In this document: one piece after another, positions 17,191-27,684 of the stretch | Numbering within the stretch: position 1 is the stretch's first letter | How the letters are laid out: each line of letters begins with the position of its first letter | NCBI GenBank assembly: GCA_902795435.1 | Contig: CADBLE010000001.1 | Location: forward strand, 9,754 to 73,753 | Length of the DNA stretch: 64,000 nucleotides | From: an uncultured Pseudomonadota bacterium | GTDB taxonomy: Bacteria; Pseudomonadota; Alphaproteobacteria; Rs-D84 | Direction: 5' to 3' | Made by a program: the position numbers and the translations under genes | Notes under the pieces: model-generated | What the model was told of the DNA's origin: nothing | What the model saw: only the letters and a program-made list of their open reading frames with translations | Databases searched by the model: none

Positions 17191-19239
17191 ATGAAATTCA
17201 AGAAATATTTACATTATTTTACTAATTTTATTTTCTGGGGCTTTGTGGCCGCTATCGCGGGTTTGGCTATATTGGTTTTGATTTATGGTCATGATTTACC
17301 AGATTACAAAAAATTGGCAACCTATACACCACCCGTTGCAACGCGTTTATATGCGTCCGATGGTTCTCTGTTAATCGAATATGCCGAAGAAAGACGCGTT
17401 TTCATAGATTTTGAAGATATGCCACCACAATTGGTAAATGCGTTTATTGCCGCCGAAGACCAAAATTTCTGGACCCATCCGGGCATTGATATTCAGGGTA
17501 TCATTCGTGCAAGTCTTAATAACGCCATGCGTTTAATGGGATTTGATAAAAAATTCACCGGTGCATCAACCATTACACAACAGGTTGCAAAAAATTTCTT
17601 TCTGACATCCGACCGAACCATTTCAAGAAAGGTGAAAGAGGCAATTCTTGCCCTGCGTTTGGAACGCACTTTCTCTAAAAAACATATAATGACATTGTAT
17701 TTGAACGAAATATTTTTGGGTGCACGCGCGTATGGTGTTGGGTCCGCGTCTTTGATGTATTTCAATAAATCTGTGAAAGATCTCAGTTTGTCTGAATGTG
17801 CGTTTTTGGCATCTCTGCCAAAGGCACCAAATGACAGAAATCGTGCCGTTGAACGCAGAAACTATGTTTTACGTCGTATGGTTGATGATGGATATATCAC
17901 AAAAGAAGAAGCACAAATTGCGTCCGCAGAACCATTGAACATAAATTCTGGCTTTACCGCCCAGATGGAGGTTGATTTCCAATATTTCGCAGAAGATGTT
18001 CGTCGCAGATTATTGGAATCTATCGGTCGTGATACATTGTATAATGACGGTTTATATATTAAAACAACTATCGTTCCAGAATTTCAGCGCGCCGCAGCCA
18101 CCGCTTTGGCCAAAGAATTAGACGCTTTTAACAAAGGCAAGGGCGAAAACGAACCAAAATTACAGGGTGCAATTATTGCCATGAATCCACATACGGGTCG
18201 TATTGTTGCAATGACGGGTGGTCGTTCTTTCCGTGAATCTTCTTTCAACCGCGCAACCCAGGCATACCGTCAAATTGGTTCTACGATTAAACCATTTGTT
18301 TATTTGGCTGCGCTGGAAAAAGGATACAGTCCGGAACATTTGATATTGGACGCACCGGTTGTTGGTTGGCGCGAAAATAACAAAGAATGGAAACCTGAAA
18401 ATTACGACAGAAAATTTTTGGGTAATATTCCACTAAGATTTTCGTTGGAAACATCTCGTAATGTGCCAACCGTTCGTTTGGTGGAAGAAATCGGGGTCAA
18501 AGAATCTATTGATGCCGCACAGAGATTTGGTGTTTATCCAAAAGATTTACAACAAATGAATGAATCTATGGCGTTGGGTTCTGGGGAAACAACTTTGCAG
18601 AAATTGGTGTTGGGTTATTCTGCTTTCATAAACGGTGGGCGCGCGATAGAACCAAAAATGATTGACTATGTCGAAGACAGATATGGTAATGTTTTGGGCG
18701 GTCAAAAAACATCCCAAATTGAATGGAGTGAAGATTTATTACCACCCCAGGAAGAAGCCAAAACAGAACCTTTGTCTGATGCACAAAGTTTATATCAAAT
18801 CGTTTCCATATTACAGGGTGCGGTTGAACGCGGAACTGGGAAACAGGCACGCGTTGCAGGACACACAATTGCCGGTAAAACGGGAACTACGAACCAGGTA
18901 AAAGATGTTTGGTTTATTGGATTTTCTAAAAATCTGATTGCGGGCGTATATTTGGGATATGATATTCCAAAACCGTTGGGCAAGGGTGCTGGTTCCCACA
19001 TGGCGGCACGCGTATTCGCAGATTTTATGAATGTTGCATTGAAAAACGAAAGTAATCAACCGTTCCCTGTGCCAGATGGTTTAACATTTATGCGTGTAAA
19101 TCGTAACAGCGGTATTTCTGCATCTCTTGACCCAGAAGGCATGATTATAAACGAAGCATTCAAAGACGGTCAAAAACCAAACACACCGCACACGGTTCAA
19201 AAACAGGTTGAACAGACAACGGTTGGTGGAATTTTCTAA
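17191..19239 (+). CDS. mrcA: Class A penicillin-binding protein 1A (transglycosylase/transpeptidase)
   Basis: EDQNFWTHPGID (GT51 motif), STIKP (SxxK), KTGTT. Confidence 0.9.
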   Translation: MKFKKYLHYFTNFIFWGFVAAIAGLAILVLIYGHDLPDYKKLATYTPPVATRLYASDGSLLIEYAEERRVFIDFEDMPPQLVNAFIAAEDQNFWTHPGIDIQGIIRASLNNAMRLMGFDKKFTGASTITQQVAKNFFLTSDRTISRKVKEAILALRLERTFSKKHIMTLYLNEIFLGARAYGVGSASLMYFNKSVKDLSLSECAFLASLPKAPNDRNRAVERRNYVLRRMVDDGYITKEEAQIASAEPLNINSGFTAQMEVDFQYFAEDVRRRLLESIGRDTLYNDGLYIKTTIVPEFQRAAATALAKELDAFNKGKGENEPKLQGAIIAMNPHTGRIVAMTGGRSFRESSFNRATQAYRQIGSTIKPFVYLAALEKGYSPEHLILDAPVVGWRENNKEWKPENYDRKFLGNIPLRFSLETSRNVPTVRLVEEIGVKESIDAAQRFGVYPKDLQQMNESMALGSGETTLQKLVLGYSAFINGGRAIEPKMIDYVEDRYGNVLGGQKTSQIEWSEDLLPPQEEAKTEPLSDAQSLYQIVSILQGAVERGTGKQARVAGHTIAGKTGTTNQVKDVWFIGFSKNLIAGVYLGYDIPKPLGKGAGSHMAARVFADFMNVALKNESNQPFPVPDGLTFMRVNRNSGISASLDPEGMIINEAFKDGQKPNTPHTVQKQVEQTTVGGIF

Positions 19240-19246
19240 AAAAATA

Positions 19247-19274
19247 AACCCGATTTTTATCGGGTTTTGTTTTA
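19247..19274 (+). terminator. Rho-independent terminator
   Basis: AACCCGAT-TTTT-ATCGGGTT plus T-rich tail. Confidence 0.6.
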
Positions 19275-19352
19275 TAAAAAATATATTTTTTATAATCGTT
19301 TTATTTATGCTTTTTTTATGATAAAATATCAGCATAAGAAAAGGAGATTTTT

Positions 19353-20486
19353 ATGCTGACTGATTTCTTGATTTCAAATGGATATCAATTTTTTGCAAGT
19401 GGTTGGACTCAATTTTCTGCCGCGTTCGGTTTGTCGTTTATTATCATGTTGCTGTTCGGAAACAGTTTTATTCGTTTAATGCATAAAATTCAAGGTATGG
19501 GGCAACCTATCAGTGATAATGTTCCATTGGAACACCAAAAGAAAGCAGGCACACCATCTATGGGTGGGGTGCTGATGATAATTGCTATATTGGTATCATC
19601 TCTGTTATTTATGCCAACACATAATGCAACAGGTTGGATTGCATTGGCGTCTTTGTTGATGTTTGGTTTAATCGGTTTTGCAGATGACTATAAAAAAATT
19701 TCAAGCCAATCTAAAAAGGCATCAAATGGTTTGTCCCCGTCTTTGCGTTTGGTCTTGGAAGGGGTATGTGTTTTAATTTTGGCGTATTTGATAGATAAAA
19801 CAATGCCGGGCTATGTTCCAAATTTATCCATTGTTTTGGGGTCTAGTATTATTTTACCTTTGGATTCTTGGGAAATTGGTTATTTGTTTGGTGTGCCATT
19901 GACATTGGGATTTTTATATTATGTGTTCGCTTATTTTGTGATTTGTGGTTCTGCAAATGCTGCAAATATCACAGATGGTTTGGACGGTATGTTATCAAAA
20001 ATTTATTTGCCAGTTTTAATCGTTTTGGTTGTTGCATTGTACGGTGCAACCAGAATTGGTTTTATGGACGCTGTTATGTTTTTACCAGAAGCCAGCGCGC
20101 TGTACGCGGTATTGGGTGGCGCGTTCGGTGCGGTTCTTGGGTTCTTGTGGTTTAATACAAAACCTGCGGCTATATTTATGGGTGATGTTGGTTCGCTTGC
20201 GTTGGGTGGATTTATGGGCACGGTCGCAATGTTATTGAAATCTGAAATCATTATGGGTGTTGCAGCGGGTATGATGGTTTTGATTTTATTGTCTTCTTTT
20301 ACACAAACAATGTATTTCAAATTGACACGCAAAATTTCTGGTACGGGAAAACGTATATTCTTGCGTGCACCATTACATCATCATTTTGAAGAATTAGGTT
20401 GGCCTGAAACAAAAATCGTAGATAGATTTTTTGTGTTGTCTATCTTGTTTTCTGGGTTGGCATTGGTATTGTTGAAATTTGCATAA
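19353..20486 (+). CDS. mraY: Phospho-N-acetylmuramoyl-pentapeptide transferase
   Basis: NITDGLDGM, FMGDVGSLALGG, PLHHHFE motifs. AAGGAG RBS present. Confidence 0.92.
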   Translation: MLTDFLISNGYQFFASGWTQFSAAFGLSFIIMLLFGNSFIRLMHKIQGMGQPISDNVPLEHQKKAGTPSMGGVLMIIAILVSSLLFMPTHNATGWIALASLLMFGLIGFADDYKKISSQSKKASNGLSPSLRLVLEGVCVLILAYLIDKTMPGYVPNLSIVLGSSIILPLDSWEIGYLFGVPLTLGFLYYVFAYFVICGSANAANITDGLDGMLSKIYLPVLIVLVVALYGATRIGFMDAVMFLPEASALYAVLGGAFGAVLGFLWFNTKPAAIFMGDVGSLALGGFMGTVAMLLKSEIIMGVAAGMMVLILLSSFTQTMYFKLTRKISGTGKRIFLRAPLHHHFEELGWPETKIVDRFFVLSILFSGLALVLLKFA

Positions 20487-20499
20487 ATGGTAGAATAAA

Positions 20500-21645
20500 A
20501 TGGTAAGAATAACACGTGGCGAAGAAAGTAAACTGACAAGTTGGTATTTCAGAACGGACTGGAAATTGATTGGTCTGTTGGTGGGTCTGTTCTTTTTCAG
20601 TGTTATAATGATGGTTACTGCGGGTTCTGCAGAAGCAAGCCGTATGGCACACCCGTGGTATTATTTCTTGCAAAAGGCAACACCTTTTTATTTGCTGGGA
20701 ATATTTTTCTTGTTCTTTTGCAGTATGTTAAATAAAAAATTGATACTGTATATGTCATGGGCAATGTTGGTTGTTGGGGTGGCAAGTTTGTTTTTTACCC
20801 TGTTTCAACACAGCGCTATAAACGGCAGTACCAGATGGGTGAATTTAGGCGGAATCACGTTTATGCCTGCGGATGTGTTAAAGCCCGCTTTGATTATGTT
20901 GACGGCCTGGTTCTTGCAACGATTACAGGGAATTTATGGCGAAAATATCTTTACGAAAGAAGTTCTCAAATTCAAGAAAGATAGTTGGTTGCCGTATATT
21001 TTGATTTTTGCAATATGTGTTATAATTATGGCTAAACAACCAGATATTGGAACTGCGATATTATTTGCGGGGGTTGTTTTTGTAATGGTTTTTGTTGCAG
21101 GTATGCCATTAAAGTTGTTTTTTGCAACTGTTGGAATCGGTATCAGTGGTTTGTTTGTTTATGCTTTGTCCATGTCGCATATACAAAACCGTATAGCCCA
21201 AATGATTCATGTGCCACCACGAACCCAGGTTTGGTATTCACTGAACGCAATTCGTCATGGTGGATTATTTGGCAGTGGTGACGAAGCCTATGTCCAAGAT
21301 GTTTTACCAGAAGCAACCAATGATTTTATCTATGCCGCTGTGGTGGAAAGTTGGGGTGCAATAGCGGGTTTGTTTTTAATCGCAATATTATACACGATAT
21401 TAAAAGTTTTGGTGAATCAAGCAACCACGGCAAAAGATGATTTTGTTATTTATGCTCTGACAGGAACTGCAGCATTATTCTTTGGCCAGGTTGTTTTCAA
21501 TTTAATGACGTCTTTACACATTTTAATAAACAAAGGAATGACATTGCCTTTCGTTTCATACGGTGGCGGTTCTTTCGTTTCGTTTTGTATATTGTTTGGA
21601 ATGGTATTGGCGTTGATAAGAGAAGATATTTGGAACAACAGATAA
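20500..21645 (+). CDS. ftsW: SEDS-family cell division protein FtsW
   Basis: QPDIGTA, TNDFIYAAV, LPFVSYGG motifs, with 10 TM-like helices. Confidence 0.88.
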   Translation: MVRITRGEESKLTSWYFRTDWKLIGLLVGLFFFSVIMMVTAGSAEASRMAHPWYYFLQKATPFYLLGIFFLFFCSMLNKKLILYMSWAMLVVGVASLFFTLFQHSAINGSTRWVNLGGITFMPADVLKPALIMLTAWFLQRLQGIYGENIFTKEVLKFKKDSWLPYILIFAICVIIMAKQPDIGTAILFAGVVFVMVFVAGMPLKLFFATVGIGISGLFVYALSMSHIQNRIAQMIHVPPRTQVWYSLNAIRHGGLFGSGDEAYVQDVLPEATNDFIYAAVVESWGAIAGLFLIAILYTILKVLVNQATTAKDDFVIYALTGTAALFFGQVVFNLMTSLHILINKGMTLPFVSYGGGSFVSFCILFGMVLALIREDIWNNR

Positions 21646-21658
21646 CAAGGGGTCAAAT

Positions 21659-22705
21659 ATGAAAATATGGATTGCAACAGGTGGAACAGGCGGACATGTT
21701 TTTCCAGCATTAAGTGTTGCTACTGAATTGGCAAAACGTGGACATAAAATAACTGTTTCTACGGACGGTCGTGTTATGAAAATGGTCAAAGATGGAAAAC
21801 CGACCAAGGCAAAGGTTGTATTTATTTGGGCATCTGGTGTTGGGGCTAAATCAAAAATAAAACAAATTTTATCTTTGGCTAAAATTGGTGTTTCCGCCAG
21901 TGCTTTGATTATAAGATTTTTGTTTTCACGTCCAGACAGAATGGTTGCGTTTGGTGGATATGCGTCTGTGCCGGCGGTGTTTGCTGCACATGTTTGGAAA
22001 ATACCAACGTTTTTACATGAACAAAATGCGGCAATCGGTCGTGCGAATAAATTTACTATGCGTTGGGTTAAAACTTTGATGACCAGTTTTCCAACCGTTG
22101 ATGGAATTCCATCTAAATCAAAGGCAAATGTTATTTATACAGGATTACCAGTACGTGAAGATTTTATAAATGCGTCAAATACCCCATTGAAACACGAAAA
22201 TAAAATTTTGATAACAGGTGGTTCTCTGGGGGCGCAAATACTGGACGAAATTGTTCCGTTGGCGATTGCTGAAATAAAAAACAAGAAATTGTTTATAACA
22301 CATCAAACCAGACCTGAAAATGTCGCGAAATTGCAAAAATTTTATGCAGACCATAAAATTCATGCAAATGTTTTGTCTTTTATCCGTGATATGTCCAGTG
22401 CGATTATAGATGCTGATTTAATTATAGGACGCAGTGGGGCCAGCACGGTAATAGAACTTGAAACAGTTGGCCGTCCTGCAATATTGGTGCCGTTGGGAAT
22501 AAATCCAGACCAGGCCGCAAATGCAGCGTCTTTTGCAAAATTAGGTGGTGGTTTCAATATTCCGCAAGATAAATTTACAGTAAAATGGTTGGCGACAACA
22601 TTGGACGATTTATTTGATAATCCTGTGCGTTTGGACAAGATGGCAAAAAAATCGTATGTCGAAAATCTTGCTGTGCAAAAAATAGCGGATACAATAACAA
22701 AATAA
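21659..22705 (+). CDS. murG: UDP-GlcNAc:lipid I N-acetylglucosaminyltransferase
   Basis: TGGTGGHVFPAL, HEQNA, GGSLGA motifs. Confidence 0.92.
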   Translation: MKIWIATGGTGGHVFPALSVATELAKRGHKITVSTDGRVMKMVKDGKPTKAKVVFIWASGVGAKSKIKQILSLAKIGVSASALIIRFLFSRPDRMVAFGGYASVPAVFAAHVWKIPTFLHEQNAAIGRANKFTMRWVKTLMTSFPTVDGIPSKSKANVIYTGLPVREDFINASNTPLKHENKILITGGSLGAQILDEIVPLAIAEIKNKKLFITHQTRPENVAKLQKFYADHKIHANVLSFIRDMSSAIIDADLIIGRSGASTVIELETVGRPAILVPLGINPDQAANAASFAKLGGGFNIPQDKFTVKWLATTLDDLFDNPVRLDKMAKKSYVENLAVQKIADTITK

Positions 22706-22708
22706 AAG

Positions 22709-22731
22709 ACACCCTAAAGGGTGTTTTTTTA
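22709..22731 (+). terminator. Rho-independent terminator
   Basis: ACACCC-TAAA-GGGTGT plus T-run. Confidence 0.65.
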
Positions 22732-22819
22732 TAGATTAAAAAAATTTTTATAATGTATATTTTTTTGCTTGCTTGACTTTCGTGATTTGTTCTATGATAA
22801 AGCAAGGAAGGAAAGGAAT

Positions 22820-24049
22820 ATGCAGCGTTTTTCTGTTATATTTATATTGTCATTGATATCATTGAACGCCACAGCCAGTGCGTATTTGCCGGTTGTTGAT
22901 GTTTCAAATGGAACCGTTTCAGCAAGGGCCGCTTTCGGTGAAGAAATTGCACCTGTAAAAAAGGTCGCTGTTGAAAAAAATGTAAAAAAGACAGAAAAAA
23001 AAGTTGTCGCACGCAGTGCTAAAAAAACAAATTCTGCAAAAAATTCATACGCGTCAAATGATGTTTTAAGACCACAACGTCCAACATCTAATTTATGGGC
23101 AAATAATGATGCGCCTTTGCGTATGCCACGCATGGATGAAATTGCACTTATTCGTTCTGATGATGTTTTACCAGAAGAAAATCTTAACCCAACAATTGCA
23201 TCTAATTCTGCAAAAGTTGTTGAAAGAAACAATGACACACAACGCGAAATAGATTCTTTGCGTCAGGAAATTGCCCGTTTGTCACAAATGCAAAAAGAAA
23301 CCGAAGAAAGATTGGTTCGTGCACGTCCTGTTATGGTCAGAACACCAATTGATGGTGAAAGCGATGTTAAACCAGTGGCCAGAAACAGTAATGTAAATGT
23401 TAAACGTGAAATTGTTCCTTATGCTACAAATAAAGATACAATGGCACGCAGTGCTGCGGTTGCAGAACCAAAATTTGCATCAGTCACTAGCGATATGTCA
23501 AAAATGTCACCAAACGAATTGAAAAAGGCATTCAAGAAAACATATCTGTCTGAAAACAAACATTTATCAACATATCAAATAGATGACCGTTATGATGTGG
23601 CCAGTGATATGTCTTCTGATATAGAAGGTTTTTCTGCACAACGTGATTTGTCTGAAACCGGGGACGGTGTTCGTCCATTGGAAATTAAAATATCTTTCTT
23701 GAACGGTGATTCTGGGTTGTCACGTGAAAATTATAATTTGTTAAGTGAAACCGCGTCTATCGTTGTAAATAATCCAAAACGTGCGATTCAGGTTGCAATT
23801 CCAGAATCTGCAACTTATGACAAAGATGCACGTAAATTGGCAGCACGTCGTTTGGCAATTGTAGAACAGGTTTTACGTGATACTGGTGTTGCAGAACAAC
23901 GTATCGTTCCAGTGTTATCACAACGTGATGATGATGTATTTGTATTGCGTGTTATTTCTGGTGATTTATTTGAAACTTTGACACAACAAAAACGTAATAT
24001 GTTTGGCGACAGTGTTTCAAATAAAACATACAAAAGTATGTCGTGGTAA
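22820..24049 (+). CDS. Exported coiled-coil protein with degenerate OmpA/MotB-like C-terminal domain
   Basis: Start moved to ATG 22820 (MQRFSVIFILSLISLNATASA signal). Coiled-coil segment REIDSLRQEIARLSQMQKE. The C-terminus ...ARKLAARRLAIVEQVLRDTGV... is OmpA_C-like. Confidence 0.55.
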   Translation: MQRFSVIFILSLISLNATASAYLPVVDVSNGTVSARAAFGEEIAPVKKVAVEKNVKKTEKKVVARSAKKTNSAKNSYASNDVLRPQRPTSNLWANNDAPLRMPRMDEIALIRSDDVLPEENLNPTIASNSAKVVERNNDTQREIDSLRQEIARLSQMQKETEERLVRARPVMVRTPIDGESDVKPVARNSNVNVKREIVPYATNKDTMARSAAVAEPKFASVTSDMSKMSPNELKKAFKKTYLSENKHLSTYQIDDRYDVASDMSSDIEGFSAQRDLSETGDGVRPLEIKISFLNGDSGLSRENYNLLSETASIVVNNPKRAIQVAIPESATYDKDARKLAARRLAIVEQVLRDTGVAEQRIVPVLSQRDDDVFVLRVISGDLFETLTQQKRNMFGDSVSNKTYKSMSW

Positions 24050-24765
24050 AATTTTTCAATAATCTTTTCAATTTTATATATCCCGCGGTTTGTCCCGTAT
24101 GCAACGATTTTGTTGAAAGACATGGTATGTTATGTGCGAAATGTTGGAATGATTTTAATTGGATATCAAATCCAAAATGTTTCAAATGTGGTTATCCGTT
24201 TCCTGCGGATTTAGATTTGGGACCACGACCGTTTTGTCCGCATTGTGCGACCGGTGAATGTGAATTAGATTTTATTCGCAGTGCATGTGTGTATGATGAT
24301 GTTTCTAAAAATATAATGTTGCCGTTCAAACACGCGTCAAACCTGAAATACGGGCGTTTGATGTCGCATGCCATGATAAATTGTTTGAAAGACATGGATA
24401 TAAAATTTGATATTGTTATGCCGGTGCCATTGGCTTATAAAAGATTATTCAAACGTGGATATAACCAGGCGACTTTATTAGCGCGTCCAATTGCCAAACA
24501 TTGTAATGCAATTTTAGATGTTGATTCTGTGTCCAGAAAATACAGGCAAGATATGGGCCACAAAACCGCAAAAGAAAGGAAAATCAATGTAAAGGGCGTT
24601 TTTGTTGTGAAAAATAAAGATGCTATAAAGGGCAAGAATATTTTATTGGTTGATGATGTTATGACATCTGGTGCAACTTTTTATGAATTGAATCATGTAT
24701 TAAGAAAGGCGGGTGCAAAATCTGTGTGCGCGGTTTCTTTCTGTCGTGTTGTTCATGCAATTTAA
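24043..24765 (+). CDS. comF: ComF-family phosphoribosyltransferase-like protein
   Basis: N-terminal CxxC...CxxC zinc finger and PRT motif ILLVDDVMTSGAT. GTG start overlaps the upstream stop. Confidence 0.8.
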   Translation: MVKFFNNLFNFIYPAVCPVCNDFVERHGMLCAKCWNDFNWISNPKCFKCGYPFPADLDLGPRPFCPHCATGECELDFIRSACVYDDVSKNIMLPFKHASNLKYGRLMSHAMINCLKDMDIKFDIVMPVPLAYKRLFKRGYNQATLLARPIAKHCNAILDVDSVSRKYRQDMGHKTAKERKINVKGVFVVKNKDAIKGKNILLVDDVMTSGATFYELNHVLRKAGAKSVCAVSFCRVVHAI

Positions 24766-25124
24766 TGTTTAACAGAGCACAATTTTGTTTGTAAAAAATT
24801 TGCCAATTCTAATTCTTTGTGATTCATGGTTTGTGCTGTTTCTTGTAAATCTATTTTTTCTTTGCAGGCATTTATTATATCCAACATATCTTTTTGTTCG
24901 GTTGTCAAAGGTCTGGAATTAGTTTCGTCCCATTTTACAGCCAGAATAATTTTGCCGTCTATTGCGATATTGTATTGGTTTGTTGCCCAACCATTATGGA
25001 CAGATAAAATTTCATGCCCGTTTTTATCAAAAATAACATATTGATTTCCAGAATTTGTTGCACGATTAGAAATCATATTGTTATGAATTGTTTCTTTGAC
25101 CAATATTTTAAGAATTTTATTCAT
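24762..25124 (-). CDS. Hypothetical protein (120 aa)
   Basis: Clean ORF convergent with comF. No motif recognised. Confidence 0.4.
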   Translation of the reverse strand: MNKILKILVKETIHNNMISNRATNSGNQYVIFDKNGHEILSVHNGWATNQYNIAIDGKIILAVKWDETNSRPLTTEQKDMLDIINACKEKIDLQETAQTMNHKELELANFLQTKLCSVKH

Positions 25125-25202
25125 TTCTGACCCCCAGTTTATGTGTTAAATAATAACTGTTTTAATGGGTATTTTCACTAGGAACCTTTTTCGTTTATTT
25201 AT

Positions 25203-25230
25203 TTGATTTTGTATTTTTATTGTGTAAAAT
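25203..25230 (+). promoter_or_regulatory. sigma70-type promoter for valS
   Basis: TTGATT, 16-nt spacer, TG-extended TAAAAT. Confidence 0.5.
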
Positions 25231-25260
25231 TTGTCTTGGAATAAATTATTGGGGTGAAAA

Positions 25261-27663
25261 ATGAATATAGATTTGGGTAAAAATATAAACACACGTGAAT
25301 TAGAAACCAAAATTCAAGAATTTTGGGATAATAACCATTTTTGGGATAACCAGGTTGAAAGTGATAAAAAATCTTTCTGTATTATGATGCCACCACCAAA
25401 CGTGACTGGTAATTTGCACATGGGTCATGCATTGGACAATGTTTTGACAGATATTATTTGTCGTTATAAACGTATGGATGGTTTTGATGTGTTGTGGCAA
25501 CCGGGTACAGACCATGCGTCTATTGCAACCCAATTATTGGTTGAACGTGATTTATCTAAACGCGGTATAAACCCAAATACAATGACTTTGGATGAAAAAT
25601 TAAACGCCGCCTGGACATGGAAGGCAGACAAGGGCGGACAAATCATGAACCAATTGCATATTCTTGGTGTGACACCTGTTTGGAAACGTGAAAGATTCAC
25701 AATGGACGAAGGTTTATCCCGTGCGGTTACAAAATTGTTCGTCAAAATGTATAACGAAGGTTTAATCTATCGTGAAAAACGCCTTGTGAATTGGTGTCCA
25801 AAACAACAAACATCTGTTTCAGATTTGGAAATTGATACACGTGAAGAACACGGTAAATTCTATTATTTCAATTATCCATTGAAAGACGGTGGATTTATTG
25901 AAATTGCAACAACGCGTCCTGAAACTTTGTTTGGAGATAAAGCAATTGCTGTTCATCCAGAAAATGAAAAATTGAAACATTTGATTGGAAAACATGCAAT
26001 CATCCCATTGACAGATATTGAAATTCCAATCGTAGCGGACGAACACGCAGACCCTGAAAAAGGAACTGGTGCGGTTAAAATTACACCTGCACACGATTTT
26101 GATGACTATGAAGTTGGTCTTCGTCATAACCTTGAACCACTTTGCATTTTAACGAAAGACGCAAAATTAAATAATGAATCTGTTATTCCAGAAAAATATC
26201 GTGGTATGGACAGATATGTTGCACGCAAGGCAATTATTGAAGATTTAGAAGCCGCGGGTTTAATGGTTAAAATTGAAGATAAAATTATTCCAACACCATA
26301 TTCAGAACGCGGTGGTGTTCCTGTGGAACCAATGCTGACAACACAATGGTTTGTTGATGCTGAAAAACTTGCAAAACCTGCGATTAAAGCCGTAGAAGAA
26401 GGTAAAATTAAATTCTTGCCAGAACACAGATATAATTTGTTTATGGCATGGATGCGTGAAATTCGTCCATGGACTATTTCTCGTCAATTGTGGTGGGGAC
26501 ATCATATACCGGCTTGGTATGATGAAGATGGTAATGTTTATGTTGCAGAAACAGAAGAAGAAGCAATTAAACAATCTGGTGGTAAAACATTAACACGTGA
26601 TAAAGATGTTTTGGATACTTGGTTTTCATCTGGACTGTGGCCATTTTCAACGTTGGGTTGGCCAGATGACACAGCAGAATTGAAAAAATATTACCCAACA
26701 GATTTATTATACACCGGTGCAGATATTATATTCTTCTGGGTTGCGCGTATGATAATGATGGGTATGTATGTAATGGGTGATGTTCCATTCCGTACGGTGA
26801 ATTTCCATGGTCTGGTTCGTGATTCCAAGGGACAAAAAATGTCCAAGACCAAAGGAAATGGTACAGACCCATTAGATTCTGTAAATAAATTTGGCGCGGA
26901 CGCGTTGCGTTATTGGATTGCAACTGCGCCAATTGGGACTGATTTAAGATACAGTGATGATGAGGTTAAACGTGGTTCAAGATTATTAACAAAATTGTGG
27001 AATGCATCAAAATATGTTTTGATGAATTTGAATGATTTTGATCCAAAATCTGCACAACAAATTCCTGTATCTGACAGATTTATCGAAGACAGATGGGTAT
27101 TAAGTGAATTGAATAAAGCAATCGCAGAAACAAGACGTAATCTGGACAGATATGATAATTATAACGGACGCAGTGCGATTGATACTTTCTTCTGGGATAT
27201 ATTCTGTGACCAATATCTTGAATTTATCAAAGACAGATTCTGGTCACCTGAAAAATACAGCGTGGAATCTAAATTGTCTGCTCAATGGACATTGTATACT
27301 GTATTGCGTGCAATAATTGGTTTATATGCACCATTTATTCCATTTATCACAGAAGAATTATGGCAAAAAATCTACAAAGATTTTGAAGGTGGCAACACAT
27401 TGCATTTGACACAATATCCAACTGTGAAAGAAGAATATAACACAGATGTTTCCCAAATGAATATTGCATTGGAAATATTGAAAAATGTTCGTGGCCTTCG
27501 CACAGACAGAAAGGTTGGTAATGGTGCAAAATTGGAAACTTTGACAATTCCATCAGATACACCTGAAATCTTGCACGGGTTGATTAAATCTGCGGCACGT
27601 GCAAATGAAATTGTTTTGGGTAATGGAATAGATTTTGTTGTTATGCAAAATAACGAACAATAA
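25261..27663 (+). CDS. valS: Valine--tRNA ligase (short, 800 aa)
   Basis: PPPNVTGNLHMGHAL (HIGH) and KMSKTKGN (KMSKS). The N-terminal half is collinear with bacterial ValRS. Confidence 0.93.
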   Translation: MNIDLGKNINTRELETKIQEFWDNNHFWDNQVESDKKSFCIMMPPPNVTGNLHMGHALDNVLTDIICRYKRMDGFDVLWQPGTDHASIATQLLVERDLSKRGINPNTMTLDEKLNAAWTWKADKGGQIMNQLHILGVTPVWKRERFTMDEGLSRAVTKLFVKMYNEGLIYREKRLVNWCPKQQTSVSDLEIDTREEHGKFYYFNYPLKDGGFIEIATTRPETLFGDKAIAVHPENEKLKHLIGKHAIIPLTDIEIPIVADEHADPEKGTGAVKITPAHDFDDYEVGLRHNLEPLCILTKDAKLNNESVIPEKYRGMDRYVARKAIIEDLEAAGLMVKIEDKIIPTPYSERGGVPVEPMLTTQWFVDAEKLAKPAIKAVEEGKIKFLPEHRYNLFMAWMREIRPWTISRQLWWGHHIPAWYDEDGNVYVAETEEEAIKQSGGKTLTRDKDVLDTWFSSGLWPFSTLGWPDDTAELKKYYPTDLLYTGADIIFFWVARMIMMGMYVMGDVPFRTVNFHGLVRDSKGQKMSKTKGNGTDPLDSVNKFGADALRYWIATAPIGTDLRYSDDEVKRGSRLLTKLWNASKYVLMNLNDFDPKSAQQIPVSDRFIEDRWVLSELNKAIAETRRNLDRYDNYNGRSAIDTFFWDIFCDQYLEFIKDRFWSPEKYSVESKLSAQWTLYTVLRAIIGLYAPFIPFITEELWQKIYKDFEGGNTLHLTQYPTVKEEYNTDVSQMNIALEILKNVRGLRTDRKVGNGAKLETLTIPSDTPEILHGLIKSAARANEIVLGNGIDFVVMQNNEQ

Positions 27664-27684
27664 ATCATACAACAGGAGGGCGCA

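Noticed and set aside
25261-27663. ValRS as an archaeal-type (Rickettsia-like) horizontally acquired enzyme
   Set aside because: The N-terminal two-thirds align closely by eye with bacterial (E. coli-type) ValRS. The protein is simply short (800 aa) and appears to lack the C-terminal coiled-coil. There is no evidence for an archaeal origin from sequence inspection alone.
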